A stretch of 6,014 nucleotides of DNA from a virus (lineage: Duplodnaviria > Heunggongvirae > Uroviricota > Caudoviricetes). A program made the position numbers and the translations under genes. The DNA is taken from the IMG/VR virus record IMGVR_UViG_2651869781_000009; one strand, written 5' to 3'. The stretch's first letter is position 1, and the number at the start of each line of letters is the position of its first letter. Below the pieces are notes generated by a model that saw only the letters and a list, made by a program, of their open reading frames with translations, was not told the DNA's origin and ran no database searches. Below, piece by piece: positions 1 to 5,920 of the stretch.

Positions 1-30
1 ACTGCCATCCTGAATTTACCTTCCCTTAAT

Positions 31-129
31 GAAATAACAATAAAAAACAAACCACGCAAAAACAATAAAACAACACACAAAAAAAACTAAATAATAAACA
101 AAAATAATCACCTTATTTTATTATTTTTT
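31..129. other. G-depleted low-complexity tract: A/C-rich (approx. 32-110) then T-rich (111-129), with a single G (pos 56) in about 98 nt; 10-bp direct repeat aacaataaaa at 37-46 and 61-70
   Basis: Direct base-composition reading; no ORF of 60 aa or more in 1-442 on either strand. Confidence 0.5.
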
Positions 130-442
130 GAGGGAGCAATTACTGAACAAAAAACGCTGACTATATACTCAAAACCAAACAACTATTCTGCCAATCAGGT
201 ATCATGGCAACACACGGAATTACCGTGTTTTTGCCTTCTCTGCCCATACAATACGGGCATATACTTCATACTCTATTGTAATATTTCTATCCATGCGCCC
301 CACTCCATTTACCTGTAAATAATATTCAAAATATTTATCACAGAAATCGTTTTTGTCCATGAACTGAGCACACTATAAAGTCCGGAACTGACTCTTTGTT
401 AAATTAACTTAACGTTACCAGTAACACCTTCATAACAAAACA

Positions 443-910
443 TTACGGTATACACTGGGTACGGATATATTCCTGTGCTCCTTCCAGTTGCTTCTGCATT
501 GCTATCAGCCGTTCTCTGAGGATGAAATAATCCCGTTCAGCGGCTTCTGCCAGTCGGGGACCGGTTGCATTATCCACGCCGGAGGTGATGGGGGCTTTAC
601 GCAAGGAGCCTGGACAGTTGGCGTTGATGCGCAGGCGCTTACGACCAGCGGCAACATCAGCACGCAGAGTTTCATTTTCAGCTCTCGCATCGGCTAATTC
701 CCTCGAGTATCTGGCATCAAGTGCAGCGACATCACGCTGGCGTACCTGCATATCAGTAATTGTCACGTTCGCCAGCTTCAGCTCACTGGCTTTTTTATCG
801 CGTTGCGCTTTGTAGGTAATGGCGTTATCGAGGTAATGATTCAGCCCCAGACTAAGCACACCACAGGCTACCAGCAGGACAATAATCACCACACACAGAA
901 CACGGTTCAT
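443..910 (-). CDS. Rz: Rz-family i-spanin (inner-membrane spanin subunit)
   Basis: 155 aa; N-terminal TM segment ([16 protein letters not shown]), then motifs recalled from lambda Rz ([46 protein letters not shown]); ATG at 908-910 preceded by GAGGGGG; last gene of a holin-endolysin-spanin cassette. Confidence 0.9.
   Translation of the reverse strand: MNRVLCVVIIVLLVACGVLSLGLNHYLDNAITYKAQRDKKASELKLANVTITDMQVRQRDVAALDARYSRELADARAENETLRADVAAGRKRLRINANCPGSLRKAPITSGVDNATGPRLAEAAERDYFILRERLIAMQKQLEGAQEYIRTQCIP
505..690 (-). CDS. Rz1: Rz1-family o-spanin lipoprotein, wholly embedded in Rz in the +1 frame
   Basis: 61 aa; signal peptide with lipobox (LVVSAC), proline-rich mature part ([30 protein letters not shown]) resembling lambda Rz1 from memory; ATG 688-690 preceded by GAGGGA about 8 nt upstream. 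Confidence 0.85.
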   Translation of the reverse strand: MRELKMKLCVLMLPLVVSACASTPTVQAPCVKPPSPPAWIMQPVPDWQKPLNGIISSSENG

Positions 911-1061
911 ATCCCCCTCACCCCACCAGCCATGACAAAGTTAAGACGCGCCAGGCAGTGGAAAAGCAAATAGCAACCAGCATTAGTGAAAATGAAATGC
1001 CGACGATTACACAGAGGATCTTCGCCAGCGTTATGAGCTTGTCTGACATGCTTAATCCTCT

Positions 1062-1244
1062 TCACGATTTCAACGCAATGACCAGTTTTGCCAGCCCATA
1101 CAGCATCGGAGACACAGCAATACCGACCGCCACCCACTTAATAGCAAAAGCCAGCGCTCTGCTGACGTCATCAGTTACAGGCGCTTTCAGTTCAAGGCCG
1201 TTTTTCATAGTCAATCTCAACAGAATTCGTTTATACTTTCCCAT
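1062..1244 (-). CDS. hypothetical 60-aa tail-anchored small membrane protein (basic N-terminus, C-terminal TM helix)
   Basis: ATG 1242-1244 preceded by AAGGGAGAAC (SD-like, short 3-nt spacing); TGA at 1062-1064; product MGKYKRILLRL...AFAIKWVAVGIAVSPMLYGLAKLVIALKS. The 86-aa form in the ORF track begins at GTG and reads through the terminator hairpin, so the internal ATG is preferred. No family recognised. Confidence 0.35.
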   Translation of the reverse strand: MGKYKRILLRLTMKNGLELKAPVTDDVSRALAFAIKWVAVGIAVSPMLYGLAKLVIALKS

Positions 1245-1277
1245 GTTCTCCCTTGCCTTACTCAAGGTCAGAAACAC

Positions 1278-1320
1278 AAAACCCCGTTTGCGGCCAACAA
1301 ACGGGGTTTTACTTTTATTC
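1278..1320. terminator. strong intrinsic terminator hairpin, potentially bidirectional
   Basis: 13-bp perfect stem AAAACCCCGTTTG (1278-1290) / CAAACGGGGTTTT (1298-1310) with 7-nt loop, then ACTTTTATT on + strand; the complement is also followed by a T-rich run (TTTTGTGTTTCT). Confidence 0.6.
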
Positions 1321-1399
1321 ACTTAGTTTTTGCCAGTTCGCAGGATTTCGTGTTATCCGCCCGCGTTGGCCAACGTCATTTTTCAGCAAAATATTCTGC

Positions 1400-1933
1400 T
1401 TATCTGTCAATTCCCCAGCACGCCAGTGCACTTTCCTGGTCTCGCCGGGATACCTGACCGTAGCAATTATTTGAGCGGATACGGCAGTCTCTGCCACCGT
1501 CCTTAATCCACCAGCGAATCGCTTCGCAGGCACCTTTTCGATCACCTGCATTAATCCGTCTGTAAAACGTAGACGGGAAACACTTACCGGGGCCAATGTT
1601 ATAAGGACAAAATGACGCGATACCCGCCTTCTGGGGTTCGGTCAGCGGTACTTTAATATTGCGCTCCACCCACTCCAGCGCCTTATCACGTTCAATGGCG
1701 TTAACCTGGTCGCACTTTTCCTTCGATAACTTCATACCCGGGACGACAGGCTTACCATCCACTCGGGTGGCACCGCGGCAGATGGTCCAGATCCCCGCAC
1801 CATCACGGTATGCCGTGGTGTGGTTACCTTCTTTTTCGTCAAGAAACTGGTCGAGGATTTCAGGCGCAGACGTCCCTGCACCAATCAGCGCCAGAACGGC
1901 AGCCGACAGGCCGTATCTGATTTTTGCGTTCAT
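1400..1933 (-). CDS. R: SAR endolysin (T4-lysozyme-like muramidase, GH24) with N-terminal signal-anchor-release domain
   Basis: 177 aa; Gly/Ala-rich weakly hydrophobic N-terminus (YGLSAAVLALIGAGTSAP) typical of SAR domains; catalytic triad spacing E-x8-D-x5-T (EGNHTTAYRDGAGIWT) as in T4 lysozyme and phage 21 R; resembles Qin-prophage lysozyme from memory. No SD-like sequence upstream of ATG 1931-1933. Confidence 0.9.
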   Translation of the reverse strand: MNAKIRYGLSAAVLALIGAGTSAPEILDQFLDEKEGNHTTAYRDGAGIWTICRGATRVDGKPVVPGMKLSKEKCDQVNAIERDKALEWVERNIKVPLTEPQKAGIASFCPYNIGPGKCFPSTFYRRINAGDRKGACEAIRWWIKDGGRDCRIRSNNCYGQVSRRDQESALACWGIDR

Positions 1934-2058
1934 GGATATTTATCAGGATTTATCGGTTCCGGCCCCCTGGATATGTTAAGTCTTCAGCCCGCCGGTGGTG
2001 GGCACTGGCGTAAACCCAACAATGTGAGATGGCTGCCTCGCAAAGATAATGAACAGAT

Positions 2059-2322
2059 ATGAATGAAGAAAATACAGCGCTTTTTGACAGAATTTTCACT
2101 CTTGAGTTACAGGTCGGTTTTCTTCTCCCAAAGATAATCAAAGCCATGGATGCACTTGGTAAGAATAACGCTGTGTCAGATTACCTGATCGCCGAAATGG
2201 AACATCTCATTAAAGAAATACCAAAGACCGATGCTCGTGATGATAAAAGATTCCTCAGGGCTGCTGAAAATGCTCTTTCGACCGTGAAGCGCAGCTTAGA
2301 CGCGCCGCAAGATCAAGAATAG
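2059..2322 (+). CDS. hypothetical 87-aa acidic, predicted helical protein on the opposite strand to the lysis cassette (candidate moron)
   Basis: Only long open frame in an AT-rich segment visibly lower in GC than the flanking lysis genes, where stop codons are frequent; ATG 2059-2061, TAG 2320-2322; no clear SD; GATAAT at 2045-2050 could be a -10 giving a near-leaderless transcript. Converges on the 148-aa gene with a 15-bp gap. Confidence 0.4.
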   Translation: MNEENTALFDRIFTLELQVGFLLPKIIKAMDALGKNNAVSDYLIAEMEHLIKEIPKTDARDDKRFLRAAENALSTVKRSLDAPQDQE

Positions 2323-2337
2323 TTTCTTTCATTTCGT

Positions 2338-2784
2338 CTAATGCAAGTACCTCATCTTTTGTTGGGGTGCTTTTTTCAATTCAGAGATATAGCACTCCAG
2401 TTGTTCAATACGTGATTCAATATCATCTTTTTCTGACCGCAATGCCGTCGGTGGCGTCTTCAGAGAACCAGTAATTCTTCCCGGTAGCTTTCCTCTGTAG
2501 GTTATCAACACGTCCTGCGCCTCTAAAATGATGGGCCGCTTTTCCGGCAACGGACCATCCCCTTCACATAACCCGGCAGCAACATCCATGAAAAACTGCT
2601 TCGCCTGCTTTTTCGCCTCAGCTTCGTAAAACTCCAGCGTGGCTCCTTCAGTACGGTCAAGACTAATCGCCACATCTGGCAACAACAGTGACGGATACCC
2701 ACCAATTTCCGGTGCCACAGTAACAGTAATCTTATCCGGGTAATTATTTATCCCTTTAACAACCAGTTCGTATTTTTTCTTCAT
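2338..2784 (-). CDS. hypothetical 148-aa protein translationally coupled to the holin; possibly YdfR/DUF1327-like (family name from memory, unverified)
   Basis: ATG 2782-2784 lies 4 nt after the holin stop, with SD GGGGAGAG inside the holin 3' end; soluble protein with a C-terminal coiled-coil-like segment (DDIESRIEQLECYISELKK); sits between holin and endolysin, as ydfR does in Qin. Confidence 0.7.
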   Translation of the reverse strand: MKKKYELVVKGINNYPDKITVTVAPEIGGYPSLLLPDVAISLDRTEGATLEFYEAEAKKQAKQFFMDVAAGLCEGDGPLPEKRPIILEAQDVLITYRGKLPGRITGSLKTPPTALRSEKDDIESRIEQLECYISELKKAPQQKMRYLH

Positions 2785-2788
2785 CGCT

Positions 2789-3004
2789 TTACTCTCCCCG
2801 CGCCGCCTTACGACGGTCCTCTCTGATTTTGAAATACAGGTTAGTCAGATACGTCAGCAGGCCAAACAGCAGACTCCCCAGCACACCTATCGCCACCCAC
2901 TGGGACGGAGAGACTTTGTCCAGCAGCTGCAGTAACCAGTATCCCGTCCCCACCGCTGACGTGGTGTATGACACACCCGTTGTGATTTTTTCCATCTGGT
3001 ACAT
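2789..3004 (-). CDS. S: class II pinholin (phage 21 S-like) with dual-start motif
   Basis: 71 aa; MYQMEK... gives Met1 and Met4 starts; two TMDs (TMD1 Gly/Ala-rich SAR-like, TMD2 [23 protein letters not shown]); C-terminus [15 protein letters not shown] matches recalled S21 (YFKIKEDKRKAARGE); SD GGGAGA 6 nt upstream of Met1. Confidence 0.9.
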   Translation of the reverse strand: MYQMEKITTGVSYTTSAVGTGYWLLQLLDKVSPSQWVAIGVLGSLLFGLLTYLTNLYFKIREDRRKAARGE

Positions 3005-3079
3005 ACCCCGTCTCCCGCAATCCGGAAGCTCACAACAACAGGAGGGGCATCAGCTCACACCGACAGCCCCTGCGTATGG

Positions 3080-3349
3080 TTACATCATCATTTCGCCGCC
3101 AGGCTGAGGCTCACTGCTACCGTCAGGCTGAGACACAACGCCATCTGAAACAGCACTGTCACCCGCGCCGTCTTCAGGCTCAGGAGCAGCCGGTCCCCCC
3201 AGCAGCTCATCCAGAATGGCATCCACTTCAGCATCAAGACGCGCCTCAAGATTCTGGCGGAGTTGCTGTTTCAGTGCGCTTCTGACTTCTTCAGAGCGCA
3301 GGACGTCCTTCACTGCTTCAGCAGTGACCAGAGATTTTATTTCTGACAT
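3080..3349 (-). CDS. hypothetical 89-aa acidic protein with low-complexity C-terminus
   Basis: Internal ATG 3347-3349 of track ORF 3080..3505 (the long form starts at GTG and overlaps the upstream small ORF); weak SD (GAGAAAA); TAA at 3080-3082; product MSEIKSLVTAEAVKDVL...EPQPGGEMMM. Confidence 0.4.
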   Translation of the reverse strand: MSEIKSLVTAEAVKDVLRSEEVRSALKQQLRQNLEARLDAEVDAILDELLGGPAAPEPEDGAGDSAVSDGVVSQPDGSSEPQPGGEMMM

Positions 3350-3386
3350 AGGATTTTCTCGTTGAAAGGTGTTGTTAAGAAAGTTG

Positions 3387-3569
3387 CTACGAAATGAGAG
3401 GCTCTTCGGGTTTTGTTCCGGCTGACTGGCTGGCGCTGATTTTTTCCGCCGCCGCGGCATCAATCTTTTTGCGTATATAGTTCCGGATAACCTTATACCC
3501 GCCACTTACCAGATATAACGTGCACACCACCGTGCAGAAATACAATAAAATAAGCTGTACAAATCTCAT
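3387..3569 (-). CDS. hypothetical 60-aa small membrane protein (N-terminal TM helix, charged C-terminus)
   Basis: ATG 3567-3569 preceded by a strong SD (GGGAGGG, about 4-5 nt spacing); TAG at 3387-3389; product MRFVQLILLYFCTVVCTLYLVSGGYK... Confidence 0.5.
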   Translation of the reverse strand: MRFVQLILLYFCTVVCTLYLVSGGYKVIRNYIRKKIDAAAAEKISASQSAGTKPEEPLIS

Positions 3570-3663
3570 TATCCCTCCCGGTTATTGATATGGTGTTGAC
3601 ATCGTTAATACCTGTTGGTTAAAAAAGTGTCCTGCATGTTTTGCTTTGGATATAACGACATTT

Positions 3664-3711
3664 GCCGCCGGTTCTGGCTCCTTGTTTTCCCTGCCCCGGC
3701 GGCCTTTTTTT
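3664..3711 (+). terminator. GC-stem hairpin plus T7 tract (terminator-like on + strand; the same hairpin is a 3' stem-loop on the nanS-p mRNA)
   Basis: 8-bp all-GC stem GCCGCCGG (3664-3671) / CCGGCGGC (3696-3703) with a large 24-nt loop, followed by C + TTTTTTT (3705-3711); on the minus strand it is preceded by A7 and not followed by U's. Confidence 0.35.
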
Positions 3712-3716
3712 CCTGC

Positions 3717-5654
3717 TTACGGGTTATTCACTTCCACTGTTATACTTTCAATCAGCACCGGATATGTCGCACCGCTAGTGATATCGGTCACGCGCAATTT
3801 GTCTGCCGTAAACGTGCCGACCGGTGACTGTGACAGCATGAACGGCGTCCCGTCCTTACCATCAATGACCGGCGTCACCTCAATACTGTTGTTACCGGCA
3901 AAACGGAAGCCCAGCGTATGCCATTCGTTATCAAATGCGCCGAATGACCCCAGCTTCGTGTTCTGACCAGCATTTCCCTTGTGGTACATCACATTAAGGT
4001 CTGTGGCATCGCTCTGTACGTAAAACGACGCCAGCAGGTTATGACCGGCATTACCTTCCAGTGTGACGCCCTGAGGCAGTGAAGAAACCGGCCAGTACAG
4101 CGCCAGTGCGTACTGATTAGCTGTCAGTGTGCCATCAACTTTAAAACGACAACTGATAAGCCCGCCCTTCTCCAGCAGGTCTGCGCCATTACCGACATCA
4201 TGCTGCATAAACCACGAGGAACTTCCTGTCTGTTTGGTCCACCTCAGCGCCTTACCTCCTGCAGCACCTGCATCATCAACTACCAATGCACGCCCTCCTT
4301 CAGCTCCCCATCCCTGCGGATTCAGTAAACCACCTGACTCTGTTGCACGGTAATAAAGCAGCGTTGTCACTGATTTCCCGTCCGTTGACGGTGTTGATGG
4401 TGTGTCCGGTGACGGCTTCTCATCCGGCGGCATCACAACCTGTTCCCCACCCACCAGTTCAGCCGTCCGTCCTGCATGGAGAAGAATCGCTGAGGCAAGA
4501 CGGTCAGAAATAATCCCCCTGCGTGCCCATGAGCTGAAATGGCTCGCACGGTCTGCTGACGTCCAGTTTGCCGACGTCCGGGAGGCCGCACCGTAATATC
4601 CTGATGCCGGAATATCCGGGTCTTCTTCCGGTTTGTTCGTCGGGACATTTGCTCCGTTCTCATCGGTCATGAACGGCACAAAGTGAATATTCTTTTCCGT
4701 TTTGTTTTTGTAACTGCCGTACACCGTCTGGTAAGTGGATTCGCTCTTCTGCTTCCAGAAATAAGTTGTGTCTCCACATATCCAGGGAACACCGTCAGCA
4801 GAACCACCAGCGCACTGTCCCACCATATCTGCAAGGTCCGTACGATATTGTTCCACTACTTCTGTAAAACGGGCTGTGTGATTTGCTGGCGTTCCGTCAA
4901 AGTCAAATTCCCCCTGCATCCACACCACGGCAAGCAGCACATTTTTCGGGTTCTTTGCCAGCGCGGCTTTTGTACGACCGATGAGATCCTTATACAGCGG
5001 CCTGCCCACACCCCAGCGGGTAGAACTCTCTGAGGCACCGGTCACGTCACTGTATGTTCCATCTGCCCCGGTGGTGAAAGCTGAACCACCACGGCAGCAC
5101 GGAACCAGAAGAATACCCGCATTCGCCGGTATAAACGGCAGCAGCTTTTTGGCAATATGCAGCCCCTGCCCCACGGTTCCGTACTGACCTTTCGACAGGT
5201 CAGCTTTCGGATGGTTAAGACGGCTCATGTCCTGTACATCATGCAGACAGTGGTCTGCCGGAATAATGTCGTTATATTTACAGGGAGCGCCATCCGGCGT
5301 CACTGTGCTGCGACGAGCCAGTTGCTTTATACGCGGGTCAGGACGGTCATATGTCTGCGGCAGAGGAAGCCCCTCACCGTAAGCCATGCCGTTCGACTGC
5401 CCGGCCAGTGGAATAACGTAGTAATAATCTGGCTCCGTGGTGACCACTCCCGGATAGCCACCATCCCCCGTGCCGGGCACAACCACTGGCGTGGTCACAT
5501 CCCCCTCCGCGGCAATCGCCTGCATCAGGGTATAAGGGGTTATGGCCACAGGACTACCAAACGGCTGCCAGCCCTCTTTCAGTTTGTGTGTCAGCTTTTC
5601 CGCAAGATCTGACGGCGACGCCGCCCTGACAACATCATAATGTTTAATCGACAT
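3717..5654 (-). CDS. nanS-p: prophage-encoded sialate O-acetylesterase, NanS-p-like (SGNH/SASA esterase)
   Basis: 645 aa; GQSN SGNH-hydrolase block I motif (IPLAGQSNGMAYGEG); length and position (after late promoter, before S) match NanS-p/yjhS homologues of O157 lambdoid prophages as recalled; ATG 5652-5654 preceded by GGGAGA at 6 nt. Confidence 0.85.
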   Translation of the reverse strand: MSIKHYDVVRAASPSDLAEKLTHKLKEGWQPFGSPVAITPYTLMQAIAAEGDVTTPVVVPGTGDGGYPGVVTTEPDYYYVIPLAGQSNGMAYGEGLPLPQTYDRPDPRIKQLARRSTVTPDGAPCKYNDIIPADHCLHDVQDMSRLNHPKADLSKGQYGTVGQGLHIAKKLLPFIPANAGILLVPCCRGGSAFTTGADGTYSDVTGASESSTRWGVGRPLYKDLIGRTKAALAKNPKNVLLAVVWMQGEFDFDGTPANHTARFTEVVEQYRTDLADMVGQCAGGSADGVPWICGDTTYFWKQKSESTYQTVYGSYKNKTEKNIHFVPFMTDENGANVPTNKPEEDPDIPASGYYGAASRTSANWTSADRASHFSSWARRGIISDRLASAILLHAGRTAELVGGEQVVMPPDEKPSPDTPSTPSTDGKSVTTLLYYRATESGGLLNPQGWGAEGGRALVVDDAGAAGGKALRWTKQTGSSSWFMQHDVGNGADLLEKGGLISCRFKVDGTLTANQYALALYWPVSSLPQGVTLEGNAGHNLLASFYVQSDATDLNVMYHKGNAGQNTKLGSFGAFDNEWHTLGFRFAGNNSIEVTPVIDGKDGTPFMLSQSPVGTFTADKLRVTDITSGATYPVLIESITVEVNNP

Positions 5655-5740
5655 CGAATTTCTCCCGTGTACAGGAACAGAGTTAAAAAGCCGGAACCGG
5701 AATCAAATCACAGGATGACCATCTGCCAGTGGCTGGTCGT

Positions 5741-5767
5741 AAAAAAAAGGCCGCGCCATGCGCAGCC
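5741..5767 (-). terminator. intrinsic terminator on minus strand, candidate tR' of the late operon
   Basis: Minus-strand reading GGCUGCGC-AUG-GCGCGGCC (8-bp stem, one G.U pair) followed by U8 (plus-strand A8 at 5741-5748); about 87 nt upstream of the nanS-p start. Confidence 0.55.
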
Positions 5768-5879
5768 GGAAATAAAGGGATAACGATGATAGTTTGAGAA
5801 AAACAGAAATAACACTTTTGTGGCAAAGCATGGTGCCGGGTGCCTCCCGGTGAATTCAGTACCAGCACCTGAATCCGCG

Positions 5880-5888
5880 ATTATCCCA
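5880..5888 (-). promoter_or_regulatory. candidate extended -10 promoter element (TGGGATAAT on minus strand); possible late promoter pR'
   Basis: Minus-strand TGnGATAAT about 115-130 nt upstream of the tR'-like terminator, the right spacing for a short 6S-like leader; no good -35, acceptable for extended -10 promoters. Weak call. Confidence 0.25.
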
Positions 5889-5920
5889 TATACCTGGTTG
5901 CTGATTGCCCCTCCGCACAG

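Noticed and set aside
204-300. Very short ORFs in the Rz-distal non-coding region (a 25-aa plus-strand ORF from 204 and a 23-aa minus-strand ORF with a GGAG upstream)
   Set aside because: Too short and unsupported to call; they occur in low-complexity DNA where such frames arise by chance.
488-815. Plus-strand ORFs 488-697 and 585-815 antisense to Rz/Rz1
   Set aside because: Antisense to two well-supported overlapping genes; no independent support.
907-1137. 76-aa minus-strand ORF overlapping the Rz start
   Set aside because: Overlaps the Rz start and the small ORF in another frame; Cys/His-rich junk-like product.
1062-1322. 86-aa long form of the small membrane ORF
   Set aside because: GTG start, and the extra N-terminus is encoded by the palindromic terminator stem; truncated to the ATG at 1244.
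958-1326. 122-aa plus-strand ORF antisense to the 60-aa small ORF
   Set aside because: Begins at GTG with no SD, runs through the terminator hairpin, and the product is featureless and S/T-rich; the minus-strand ATG-initiated ORF is the better explanation, though itself uncertain.
1315-2147. Track ORFs 1315-1596(-), 1253-1474(+), 1659-1979(+), 1820-2062(+), 1950-2147(-)
   Set aside because: All overlap the well-supported endolysin gene in other frames or strands or sit in its leader; no RBS, low-complexity products.
2523-2705. 60-aa minus-strand ORF inside the 148-aa gene
   Set aside because: Alternative frame within a well-supported CDS; Arg/Cys-rich junk-like product.
3080-3505. 141-aa long form of the acidic ORF
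   Set aside because: Starts at GTG and overlaps the SD-led 60-aa ORF at 3387-3569; the N-terminal extension (MAGIRLSG...RRRKK) looks like out-of-frame read-through of that gene. The internal ATG at 3349 is preferred.
3615-5612. Multiple plus- and minus-strand ORFs (64-151 aa) overlapping nanS-p
   Set aside because: Antisense or alternate-frame ORFs within a 645-aa gene with clear esterase motifs; typical spurious ORFs of GC-rich coding DNA (Arg/Pro/Ser/Cys-rich).
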